DNA from: a virus
Taxonomy: Duplodnaviria; Caudoviricetes
Strand: one strand, 5' to 3'
Length of the DNA stretch: 43,724 bases
IMG/VR virus record: IMGVR_UViG_3300032303_002529
Coordinates: 1-43,724 of that record
Of the stretch, positions 1-7,900 are shown piece by piece (the stretch's first letter is position 1; each line of letters begins with the position of its first letter). The notes under the pieces were generated by a model that saw nothing but the letters and a program-made list of their open reading frames with translations, had not been told where the DNA came from and made no database searches. The translations under genes were made by a program, and so were the position numbers.

Positions 1-249
1 AACATAGTTTTCCGCAAATTCTTTAGCTTCCAATAGTGAATTAAATTTGGTTGGTACCAATCTACCAGTACCACCATGTAATCTTTCTACCACACTACAA
101 TCAGGGTTATCAACTACATGCTTCACAGTTTCCCAATAACCCCAAAGCAAGAACTTTCTTTTATACATTATGGTGTAGTGAGTTTTTCCGGTGAATAATT
201 TACCGTGACTATCTACCCATTTGTTTTCTATTATTCTGTATTGTACCAT
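1..249 (-). CDS. hypothetical protein (partial, runs off left edge)
   Basis: Not in ORF track. Manual translation from ATG at 249 gives MVQYRIIENKWVDSHGKLFTG...AENYV, 83 codons with no stop, A-rich upstream. Confidence 0.75.
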   Translation of the reverse strand, partial: MVQYRIIENKWVDSHGKLFTGKTHYTIMYKRKFLLWGYWETVKHVVDNPDCSVVERLHGGTGRLVPTKFNSLLEAKEFAENYV

Positions 250-275
250 AACTTTTATTTTAGTAGATAAAAAAG

Positions 276-347
276 ACCCATTTTCAAGGACACCAACGAT
301 AGATTTTGGAGTATGTCGCCATCCACCTTATTTGGTTTTAAACGGGC
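276..347 (-). other. candidate structured intergenic RNA / long irregular hairpin followed by U-tract
   Basis: Minus strand nested pairings GCCCGUUU/AAAUGGGU, ACCAA/UUGGU and GGUGGAU/AUCUAUC, then CUUUUUU, in a non-coding gap. Confidence 0.35.
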
Positions 348-359
348 AAACCCATTATT

Positions 360-542
360 TTACTCCATCCATATTGTTATAAGCAGTCCTGACAATATTA
401 ATGTTCCTGTGAATGCGGCTAATACCATAGCGTTTTTGAACCAAAATGTTTCTCGCTTTTTATTAAGAATCATCATTACCCAACATCCAATAATGAGAAT
501 CGTCAAAACTACTATTACCGTCAAATTAATTTTTAATATCAT
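360..542 (-). CDS. small two-TM membrane protein
   Basis: 60 aa with two hydrophobic segments, co-oriented with neighbours. Confidence 0.65.
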   Translation of the reverse strand: MILKINLTVIVVLTILIIGCWVMMILNKKRETFWFKNAMVLAAFTGTLILSGLLITIWME

Positions 543-547
543 AACTT

Positions 548-946
548 TTATTTTATTAAATTGGCAATTAATCTACTCTTTTCAACCATTGTCAGTTCCT
601 TGTTTTCAAATAACTTCAGGGTCTGATACACCTTAAACTCGTTTTCGTTAAATTCAGTTGAGTTAGTTTCTTCCATCCATTCAATTTTGACACCAATTTC
701 TTTCATTTGATTTTCCTTTTCAGTATACTCATCACGGAGTTCTTCAATAGAAACTTTGTAGTCACTCATTTCCCATTCATACACCCATCCGGCTCCGGTG
801 CCATTATCAAAACTAATAACCCAAGCTTTATGTATTTCATTATAAGGACCCGTAATAGTGAATCCAATAGAACTTGTAAGATTTGGGTTGCCCGACTTTC
901 GTTTACCCTTAGGCGTTGGTTGTAATTTTACTTTTTTTCCTACCAT
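548..946 (-). CDS. hypothetical protein (start probably 946 MVGKKV or 1000 MKKLLY, not 1090)
   Basis: The track start lies inside the tRNA-like element. An A-rich leader precedes the ATG at 946. Confidence 0.7.
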   Translation of the reverse strand: MVGKKVKLQPTPKGKRKSGNPNLTSSIGFTITGPYNEIHKAWVISFDNGTGAGWVYEWEMSDYKVSIEELRDEYTEKENQMKEIGVKIEWMEETNSTEFNENEFKVYQTLKLFENKELTMVEKSRLIANLIK

Positions 947-1010
947 AGTTTTTATTTTTTGTTTTTTACAATTAAAGATTTTATATAGAAGTTTTTTCAT
1001 AAGTTTTTTG

Positions 1011-1140
1011 TAGCCAGTACAGGATTTGAACCTGTGATAGTATCCATCAGCACATTGGTTAAAGCAGATACTCCGTTGTTTGAGGTTCATGGCAGAACCT
1101 ATTCCAATGTTTCGGTGCGTGTACCTCTCGCCACCTGACT
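1011..1140 (-). ncRNA. tRNA-like RNA with greatly enlarged anticodon/variable region (anticodon not assignable)
   Basis: Acceptor AGUCAGG/ACUGGCU (6 of 7 pairs), D arm GCG-AGAGGUACA-CGC, canonical T arm ACAGG-UUCAAAU-CCUGU, discriminator A, no encoded CCA; ~80 nt between D and T arms. Confidence 0.7.
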
Positions 1141-1146
1141 ATATTT

Positions 1147-1620
1147 TTAGTTTTGGACGAACGCCTTGTCCGCCCAAGTTTTAGCACCCATTCTACCCCA
1201 CAACTCCATATCACACATATCAGGAAATGATTGTCTCATATCACCTACAGTCAACACATCCAAAAATCCTTTATCAATAGAATACCATTTGCCACCTTTG
1301 GTTGTGAATACATTCATCCAAGTAATTTTTCCGTTATCATAGGTGTGTTTCACTTGAATGTTAACCAAAGAATTTTTCTTGAATCCTGAAATAACTTCTT
1401 TCGGTGTTGTAGTCCAATCAGAGATATTGATGAACCCTGCCTGACATTTAGCAGCCACACGGAACTCATATTGTTTATCTTCTTTAAGGTGATTAGACAC
1501 CATAATACGACAAGGTTTTCCTTTAACCATTGTCATATAATTTCCGTAGAATACGTCGCCAGCCATTGTGCCGGTTGTAAGGTTAATTACTGTTGTTGTT
1601 GGGGTGGTGGTAGTAGTCAT
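1147..1620 (-). CDS. hypothetical protein (early/accessory)
   Basis: 157-aa ORF directly downstream of a Bacteroidota-type promoter; starts MTTTTT. Confidence 0.8.
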   Translation of the reverse strand: MTTTTTPTTTVINLTTGTMAGDVFYGNYMTMVKGKPCRIMVSNHLKEDKQYEFRVAAKCQAGFINISDWTTTPKEVISGFKKNSLVNIQVKHTYDNGKITWMNVFTTKGGKWYSIDKGFLDVLTVGDMRQSFPDMCDMELWGRMGAKTWADKAFVQN

Positions 1621-1691
1621 TATTTGTTTGTTTTAGAATGTAAAGATAAGGGGTTATTTTGGTTCTGCCAAAAGTTTTTTTAATTTTTTTA
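1607..1691 (-). repeat. 85-bp direct repeat copy 1 (gene end + promoter + leader + MTTTT start)
   Basis: 77/85 identical to 1997-2081 by manual comparison. Confidence 0.9.
1641..1672 (-). promoter_or_regulatory. Bacteroidota-type primary-sigma promoter
   Basis: TTTG-N20-TATCTTTA; the established consensus is TTTG(-33)...TAnnTTTG(-7). Confidence 0.75.
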
Positions 1692-2010
1692 CACGATTTT
1701 GAAATGTAACATTATAGAAATATTCAAAAGATTTTTCCTTGAATTTGAATTTAATCTCAGTCCCTGATGATATTTTCTTATATGCAGCACCCCAATTCAT
1801 ACCATCATCCACCATATCAACCACGTTAATACTCACATAAGATTTAAGAACACCGCTAATATAAACTGAAATTTTTGTTTCAGGATTATATAAACTTCTA
1901 CTATAATCTATCCCTCTTGGGTCTTCAATAAAACCTTTTTTTCTAAACTCGTTCTGTAAAGAATTTATCATTTCTACGTTAGTCATAAGTGATGTTGTGG
2001 TAGTAGTCAT
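1654..2010 (-). CDS. hypothetical protein (early/accessory)
   Basis: 118-aa ORF bracketed by the two 85-bp repeats. Confidence 0.8.
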   Translation of the reverse strand: MTTTTTSLMTNVEMINSLQNEFRKKGFIEDPRGIDYSRSLYNPETKISVYISGVLKSYVSINVVDMVDDGMNWGAAYKKISSGTEIKFKFKEKSFEYFYNVTFQNRVKKLKKLLAEPK

Positions 2011-2081
2011 TATTTGATTGTTTTAGAATGTAAAGATAAGGGGTTATTATTTAACTGCCAAAAGTTTATTTAACTTTTTTA
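1997..2081 (-). repeat. 85-bp direct repeat copy 2
   Basis: 77/85 identical to 1607-1691. Confidence 0.9.
2031..2062 (-). promoter_or_regulatory. Bacteroidota-type primary-sigma promoter
   Basis: TTTG-N20-TATCTTTA. Confidence 0.75.
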
Positions 2082-2232
2082 AAGGTTTTTTGTCGCCGTA
2101 CCATCCTTTTCCGTGTTTTTTGCAACGTGTGCATCGGTAATCAGCAGTCCATCCATAAACCCATATCTCCTCCCAACGGTGAGAGCAAATTGATTGTTTT
2201 AATTTCAACATCATTTTGTATATCTTATTCAT
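2047..2232 (-). CDS. small Zn-finger-like hypothetical protein (C-x-H ... CxxC)
   Basis: CSHRW...CTRC. Start moved to the ATG at 2232, downstream of the promoter at 2254-2285. Confidence 0.65.
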   Translation of the reverse strand: MNKIYKMMLKLKQSICSHRWEEIWVYGWTADYRCTRCKKHGKGWYGDKKPLKKLNKLLAVK

Positions 2233-2253
2233 ATCTTTGATTGATTTAGAATA

Positions 2254-2285
2254 CAAAGATATACCTTTCCAGAATACCAGCCAAA
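2254..2285 (-). promoter_or_regulatory. Bacteroidota-type primary-sigma promoter
   Basis: TTTG-N20-TATCTTTG, a perfect consensus match. Confidence 0.8.
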
Positions 2286-2286
2286 T

Positions 2287-2517
2287 TTATTTTAAAAATT
2301 GTTTTATCACCACAATATTACCCTGTCCCTCATATATAGTATTTCTTAATATTTCCCCACTATCACCCTTTGTTCCCCTCATTATTTGGAGGTATTCTGG
2401 TTCGTTTGAATAGAACACCTCCAACCACACGTCATCTCCATTTGTCTTTGATACAAAGGAGTTTATATCGGTTACAACGGTTATAAACCCAAGTTCTTCA
2501 AGTTCTGTGTTCGTCAT
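2287..2517 (-). CDS. hypothetical protein
   Basis: 76 aa, ATGA overlap with upstream gene; begins MTNTELEELGF. Confidence 0.7.
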   Translation of the reverse strand: MTNTELEELGFITVVTDINSFVSKTNGDDVWLEVFYSNEPEYLQIMRGTKGDSGEILRNTIYEGQGNIVVIKQFLK

Positions 2518-2939
2518 ATTCTTTCAGGTGATTTATAGTATAATTTTAACCAATCTATAAATGATATTGAGTCCGTAAATGGCCCACCAAATGCCGGATA
2601 TTGTTCCTTTGAGTATTCTTCATATATGTCGTCCCAAATCTTATCATTACATAATGCTAATGTTCCTTCAAGTTCAGGATATTCGGATGTAGTATATGAT
2701 GTTACTGATGGTAAACCACTATACTCACATATTACTTTTTTATCAAGTAATTTAGCATATTCCTTACCTTTACCTGTATAGTGGTCTACTATAACACACC
2801 AATCAAATTCCACTTCATTACCCTCCAAATTTAAATCTAATGGTAAAAAATATTGGTATTCGGGATGTAATGGAAGAAACTGCATATCTCCATATCTTAC
2901 CACCCACCCTTTGTCTGTTTTATTTAATGTTCCTTTCAT
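2514..2939 (-). CDS. hypothetical protein
   Basis: 141-aa ORF, tightly packed with neighbours. Confidence 0.75.
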   Translation of the reverse strand: MKGTLNKTDKGWVVRYGDMQFLPLHPEYQYFLPLDLNLEGNEVEFDWCVIVDHYTGKGKEYAKLLDKKVICEYSGLPSVTSYTTSEYPELEGTLALCNDKIWDDIYEEYSKEQYPAFGGPFTDSISFIDWLKLYYKSPERI

Positions 2940-2945
2940 AATTAT

Positions 2946-4775
2946 TTATTTAAAAAATGGTGGAATTTTTGTTATTGTTCCGTTACTATCGATTTGAAAT
3001 GCAGTTTTTCCGTTTTGAACTCTAATAAGAGAACCTTTTTCCATCCCCAAAATTACAAATTTTTCTTTAGATAATCCACAATTTACAAAATCAAATAATC
3101 CTGCAGGTTGTGTCGCCACTCTTGGAGGTAATTCATTTACAATCACACCAGGAAAATAACAATCTTTAAATAAGAATGGTCCTCCACCCGGTAGTGTATG
3201 TTTTGTTATATATAAACTATCAGAACTTTTACTATTGATGATATGTGCGTTATATCCCCACTCATCAGATATTACATTAACTGAACCTGATGGATTGGCG
3301 TGAATAAATACACCATACTTATTTCCAAACAAACTTAAATCTGTGTATTTGTAAGCATTTACATAAGCCCCGTGTTCCAAACCATATAACCCATTATTAT
3401 AAATGGTAAATCCTTTAACTATATGACTATGTGAATCGTTCTGCCAAGTAAAAATACCATCACATCTATTGTTATGAGATATATTACTATCTAATATCCA
3501 AACATTATCTGTGAAATTTGACGCTTCAGGCCACAAAAATCCTGAAGCAGAACCACTACCATAATTACCAACCGCAATACATCTTTTTGCTGTGTTATCT
3601 CTACCTGAACCCAAATAGAAACCTGTTAATCTATAACCTCTAAATGGTGGGTCGCATTTAGTCATCGCAGCAACACAACCTGTGTATGTTGTATTGTGAC
3701 TATTGTTTGTTGTATCTTTATCACTTGTTGGAAAGTCCCACCAATAAGCCTCCTCAAATGTGTTATAACTTATGCAGTTCTCAAATAAAACTCCGTGAGA
3801 TGCATGAGGAACATACGCGTGTGAACCACAATCACTAACCACAACATTTTTAACATAAGAACCTGTGGTTGCATATCCGTTCATATGTAGGTGAAGTGCG
3901 TATCTACCCGTAACCTTTGTTGTATAACCAGAACCATCTGGTTTTCTCGGTCCCATATATCTTATCTGCACATTTTTCATAGTGAAAGGCGTATTAACCA
4001 TTCCAATATTAATATGACTTCTACCTGTTGGTGTCCCCTCAATTCTAACATTTCTTGTTAGGTTTAATACCTCCGAAGTTAAATAAACTTTTTTGAATGG
4101 ATTATAAACTCTTGGGTGGTTATATATAATTGGACTATCAAGAGTCACGACATTACTTACAACACTAACAATTTTTCTTGTATCAAAACCATTATAAAAA
4201 TTTGGTTGTTTATTATCTTCAGTTGGAGTAATTGCAATAACATCTCCCGCTTTCCAATTTGCAGGTGCCCTATTTAATACTATTTGATTTGAGCCTTTTA
4301 ACACAGAGTCCTTCAAATAGACATATGGAGTTTTATCATTTCCAAGTAGTGATACCGTACCACTATTTCTAACCCAAAGCCCAACATCCGTTCTAAATAT
4401 ATCCATACCTCCACCAACAAATTTACTCTCATCAACATTTTTAAAAACTATTGTATGAATATTACTCATTAGTAATGGGGACATAATAAGTTTTCCAAAC
4501 ACATTTATATTTTCGGTTGAATAAAGTGTAATTGACCTACTTTTTAAAAACTGAAGAGCCCCTGTCTTCATAACCTTTAACCCACCAACTTCTACGGTTG
4601 TATCAAGGGTTAAAACGTGTCCTGAATTTACGGTAATTGCAGCACCCGTAACAGGAACTTTCTTACCAACCCATACACTTTTATCAGTCCATTTTCCGCT
4701 TTTAATTGTTTGTGCAGTTTGAGCACTCAAAATTTGGGTAATAAATAACATACCCAATAACATAATCTTTTTCAT
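2946..4775 (-). CDS. secreted G8-domain / right-handed beta-helix protein (TMEM2/CEMIP/fibrocystin-like architecture)
   Basis: Sec-type signal MKKIMLLGMLFITQILSA|Q. G8-type start SGKWTDKSVWVGKKVP, then NWKAGDVIAITPT, EVLNLTRNVRIEG, GRYALHLH and PbH1-like repeats. Confidence 0.75.
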   Translation of the reverse strand: MKKIMLLGMLFITQILSAQTAQTIKSGKWTDKSVWVGKKVPVTGAAITVNSGHVLTLDTTVEVGGLKVMKTGALQFLKSRSITLYSTENINVFGKLIMSPLLMSNIHTIVFKNVDESKFVGGGMDIFRTDVGLWVRNSGTVSLLGNDKTPYVYLKDSVLKGSNQIVLNRAPANWKAGDVIAITPTEDNKQPNFYNGFDTRKIVSVVSNVVTLDSPIIYNHPRVYNPFKKVYLTSEVLNLTRNVRIEGTPTGRSHINIGMVNTPFTMKNVQIRYMGPRKPDGSGYTTKVTGRYALHLHMNGYATTGSYVKNVVVSDCGSHAYVPHASHGVLFENCISYNTFEEAYWWDFPTSDKDTTNNSHNTTYTGCVAAMTKCDPPFRGYRLTGFYLGSGRDNTAKRCIAVGNYGSGSASGFLWPEASNFTDNVWILDSNISHNNRCDGIFTWQNDSHSHIVKGFTIYNNGLYGLEHGAYVNAYKYTDLSLFGNKYGVFIHANPSGSVNVISDEWGYNAHIINSKSSDSLYITKHTLPGGGPFLFKDCYFPGVIVNELPPRVATQPAGLFDFVNCGLSKEKFVILGMEKGSLIRVQNGKTAFQIDSNGTITKIPPFFK

Positions 4776-4791
4776 TTTTTTCTTGTTTTTT

Positions 4792-5682
4792 TTATTTTAT
4801 TTCAAAGTAATATTCGTCTCTTATTTCACCTCTCAAATCTGCAATGTCTTTTTCATCAGGTAGTTTAACCAACTTAACCCTGTTATATAAAACACCACCA
4901 TTTAAGGTGTGATATAATTCAACGGCGTTATTGAACGCATCTCCGTCAAGACAGATAATCACATTCTTTTTTGCTTTGTTATATAGGTTAGTAAATAAAA
5001 GCTCGGATAGGTGTTTTCCAAGCATAGGAATTGAGTTCTTAACGAAGACGCTATCAAACGCACCTTCTACCAAATAAATATCTTCATCCCAATTAATTAG
5101 ATTTTCGTTAAAGATTATTTGGTCTTTTTCAACCGCAGGATTTTTATATTTCATCTTTGCTCTCGGATTCCAAGAGCGGGCAATAAAATAATTAAGTTTC
5201 CCATCCTTATCATAAGATGGTATGATTATTCTACCCTGAAAGTCTCCCGTCGTGGTGAGCCCGATATTACACCTCTCACAAATCTCATCTGTTATTCCAC
5301 GGCTTTTAAGATAATTAAACGCCTCCTTATGTGGGGGATATACCGGGCTCGCTTCCAATACCTTTGTATAACCTTGAGGTAATCTTAATATGTTCTTTTT
5401 CTTCTCTTGTACCTTGAATTCATCGGGGCGGATAAGAAGATATGTTTTCTTTAATTTCTTATTTCCATAATCATCAAATAACTTTCCAAGTGGCCCTGAT
5501 ACTCCGCACGACCAACAATGGAAAACAAATTTTTCAAGCGATACTTCAAGGTTTCCTTTATGTCTTCCTTCGTCGCATTCAACGCAATCATACGAAAATT
5601 GTAAATTTGATTCATATGACTTCCTCGGCTCCCCAAGGACTTCCTCAATAAGTTCCAATACTACTTCTACTTCATCAGACAT
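4792..5682 (-). CDS. dnaG: DNA primase (Zn-binding domain + TOPRIM)
   Basis: CVEC...FHCWSCG Zn finger, YLKSRGI, RIIIP, LVEGAFD and LDGD motifs. Confidence 0.9.
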   Translation of the reverse strand: MSDEVEVVLELIEEVLGEPRKSYESNLQFSYDCVECDEGRHKGNLEVSLEKFVFHCWSCGVSGPLGKLFDDYGNKKLKKTYLLIRPDEFKVQEKKKNILRLPQGYTKVLEASPVYPPHKEAFNYLKSRGITDEICERCNIGLTTTGDFQGRIIIPSYDKDGKLNYFIARSWNPRAKMKYKNPAVEKDQIIFNENLINWDEDIYLVEGAFDSVFVKNSIPMLGKHLSELLFTNLYNKAKKNVIICLDGDAFNNAVELYHTLNGGVLYNRVKLVKLPDEKDIADLRGEIRDEYYFEIK

Positions 5683-5691
5683 AATACAATA

Positions 5692-6153
5692 TTAACAAAT
5701 TTGATATGCGTTGTGAACAATCTTTTTCATAGATGTTGCATCACCAGTATTACCAATTACAGAACCATTCTTTAATGTGAATGCGTGTCCTTTAACAATA
5801 AGGATATAAGTTCCTGTTGGATACTTTTTAATAAATTGATTAAGAGTTGTTCTTTTAAGCTTATTGGTTGTTTTATCAACAGTTTTTAAAAACCAAATTT
5901 CTTTAATGGTTTTTCCATTTAATGTTTTTCCCTCTTTTGAGAACTGGTCCATTTTAGAAGAAACATACATTGTTCCCTTTCTATTTTTTCTATCAAACTT
6001 TTCTTTAACCCAAGTATGAGCTTCGTCATATGGGATTTCATAAGAGGATGCAACGGCTCTTACAAAGCAGTCATTAGATTCGGATTGTGCAATTACTGAT
6101 TCGGAATATCCGATAATTCCTTCTGTTCGGTTGATGTATGGTAGTTGTTTCAT
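5692..6153 (-). CDS. phage protein with possible papain-like Cys/His dyad
   Basis: NDCFVRAVA...YDEA and YILIVKGHAFTLKNG pattern; function inferred only. Confidence 0.55.
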   Translation of the reverse strand: MKQLPYINRTEGIIGYSESVIAQSESNDCFVRAVASSYEIPYDEAHTWVKEKFDRKNRKGTMYVSSKMDQFSKEGKTLNGKTIKEIWFLKTVDKTTNKLKRTTLNQFIKKYPTGTYILIVKGHAFTLKNGSVIGNTGDATSMKKIVHNAYQIC

Positions 6154-6157
6154 AATG

Positions 6158-6189
6158 TAAAGGTATATAATAGTTTTGAAACTGCCAAA
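6158..6189 (-). promoter_or_regulatory. Bacteroidota-type promoter, probably giving a leaderless mRNA
   Basis: TTTG-N20-TACCTTTA, only 4 nt before the ATG at 6153. Confidence 0.7.
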
Positions 6190-6199
6190 ATTATTTTAA

Positions 6200-6514
6200 T
6201 TAATAGGTAAATTGTTTCTCATCTTTTTTTAATCTAATCCATTCCATTCTATTTTTAACCCATAACGTATCACCTTTTTTACATATTAAGTATACTTTTA
6301 AATTAACATTATCCCAAATTTCGTTATTTTCATCAAGTATAATATGAGCATTCTCGTGCCAATTTCCTGTTCCAAAAACAAGGTCTTTGGTTACTTGATT
6401 TTCGGAATACTTTTCTTTGACTACAATTGGTCTCCACTGTTCTTCGGGATTTATATCTTCACATCCCACTAAAAAAGAACTGATAATTGTTAATGATAAT
6501 AATATTTTTTTCAT
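6200..6514 (-). CDS. putative lipoprotein
   Basis: MKK, hydrophobic core, lipobox LVG|C, then acidic EDINPEE. Confidence 0.75.
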   Translation of the reverse strand: MKKILLSLTIISSFLVGCEDINPEEQWRPIVVKEKYSENQVTKDLVFGTGNWHENAHIILDENNEIWDNVNLKVYLICKKGDTLWVKNRMEWIRLKKDEKQFTY

Positions 6515-6533
6515 TTTGTTTTGATTTAGAATA

Positions 6534-6563
6534 CAAAGATACTCCTTTTTTTGTTACCGCAAA
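6534..6563 (-). promoter_or_regulatory. Bacteroidota-type promoter
   Basis: TTTG-N18-TATCTTTG; 6521-6541 is identical to 2241-2261. Confidence 0.7.
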
Positions 6564-6570
6564 ATTTATT

Positions 6571-6912
6571 TTACAAAGTTCTGGTAATCCAATTACATAT
6601 TGCATTAGACATAGATATATCCTCCTTCGACATATCAATAATTTCATCATATGTCTTAACAATAACACTCCCATATGAATCAATTTTGTGATTTGGGTTG
6701 TTGGTATACACATCCACTATCCCGTTGTCCCCATTATAGTAATTACATAAGTCTTGGACACAGAACTCGTTTTTGTGGGTTTCCCATCTTATGGAGCCGT
6801 AACATCTCAATTGTGTTACATATAAGAACCCATCAGGAGTATCCAATATCTCCATATAAAGTCTGTCGGCTTTTTCTTTAGCCTTTTCATATTTTTCAAT
6901 TAACTCTTTCAT
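6571..6912 (-). CDS. hypothetical protein
   Basis: 113-aa ORF with A-rich leader. Confidence 0.75.
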   Translation of the reverse strand: MKELIEKYEKAKEKADRLYMEILDTPDGFLYVTQLRCYGSIRWETHKNEFCVQDLCNYYNGDNGIVDVYTNNPNHKIDSYGSVIVKTYDEIIDMSKEDISMSNAICNWITRTL

Positions 6913-6925
6913 ATTATTTAATTTT

Positions 6926-7057
6926 TTAATCTAAAACCATTTCAGAATCAAAATACCAAGACGCATACATTAAACTTATCGTTAATGTTAATTTTTTTTC
7001 TCGGCATTTTTTATAACACCAAATAGCCTTTTTAATACGGGGGATAGATATAGACAT
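6926..7057 (-). CDS. small hypothetical protein (43 aa)
   Basis: Manual translation MSISIPRIKKAIWCYKKC...EMVLD*, fills the gap between neighbours. Confidence 0.45.
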   Translation of the reverse strand: MSISIPRIKKAIWCYKKCREKKLTLTISLMYASWYFDSEMVLD

Positions 7058-7058
7058 A

Positions 7059-7229
7059 TTATTTAATTTTATCGTAATCAATTAAATATACTGCAATAAA
7101 AAGTGCAATATACATCAAAGTCATAAATAACATATCGATTAGTGATATGATATTAATGTCGTAATAACAATCACGCATTAAAAAAATGTAAACTAGTGTG
7201 ATGAGAATAAAAATAAGATTTCGTTTCAT
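7059..7229 (-). CDS. small two-TM membrane protein
   Basis: MKRNLIFILITLVYIF...; start moved downstream of the promoter at 7248-7279. Confidence 0.6.
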   Translation of the reverse strand: MKRNLIFILITLVYIFLMRDCYYDINIISLIDMLFMTLMYIALFIAVYLIDYDKIK

Positions 7230-7247
7230 ATTGATTGATTTATGAAA

Positions 7248-7279
7248 CAAAATTAGAAAATCATTTTGAGATTACCAAA
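7248..7279 (-). promoter_or_regulatory. Bacteroidota-type promoter
   Basis: TTTG-N20-TAATTTTG, a perfect consensus match. Confidence 0.75.
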
Positions 7280-7868
7280 TGTTTTTTGATTTTAAATATG
7301 CCAGAGCGCACGTATATGCGTCAGACATATCAAAGTTTTCTTTTTTGAGAGTATTGTTTTTGGTATATAACCAAGTAATTTGAGGTTCTCTTTTGGCAAC
7401 TTGTTCCCAAATTAATATTTTCTTATCCGAATCCCTTGGGTACCCTCCAAATAAAACAAATTTACCTTTATCATTTTCTTTAACAAAAAACGGAAATGCG
7501 AATTTTCTTGAATTATATGTTGTTATTAGTTCAGGAACTATTCCTAACACATCATATACTTCTTTACAAATAAGAGTATTATAACGCATAAGAGTTCCTA
7601 CCGTATATACATTATTTGACCCTAAAAGAGGTTCTTCAATAACAACTGTAGTAATTCCAAGTCCAACATAAGTTTTTATTTTTTCCCTAAAAACTTCCGC
7701 CTTCAAAAGTAGTTCCTCAATCTTATTTTCAGTTTTAACTTTAGGTGAAATGTGAGTTAATTCAAGTAGATTTTTTGACTCAATATCAAATAAACAAATT
7801 CCAACACATTTTGTGCTTACATCTAACCCAAGTATTTTAGGAGAATCTTCCTTTATATCTTTCTTCAT
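7272..7868 (-). CDS. RuvC-like Holliday junction resolvase
   Basis: ILGLDVST, VVIEEP and DMSDAY acidic catalytic motifs of the RNase H/RuvC fold. Confidence 0.8.
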   Translation of the reverse strand: MKKDIKEDSPKILGLDVSTKCVGICLFDIESKNLLELTHISPKVKTENKIEELLLKAEVFREKIKTYVGLGITTVVIEEPLLGSNNVYTVGTLMRYNTLICKEVYDVLGIVPELITTYNSRKFAFPFFVKENDKGKFVLFGGYPRDSDKKILIWEQVAKREPQITWLYTKNNTLKKENFDMSDAYTCALAYLKSKNIW

Positions 7869-7900
7869 ATTATTTTAATAATGATATTAGAACTTAATTA

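Noticed and set aside
947-1090. N-terminal extension of ORF 548..1090
   Set aside because: It runs through the tRNA-like element; downstream ATGs with A-rich leaders are more plausible starts.
1011-1140. tmRNA or a normal tRNA-Gly/Trp/Met
   Set aside because: Too short for tmRNA and it retains a D stem. The UGCCAU loop is 6 nt and not at the canonical position, so no anticodon is assigned.
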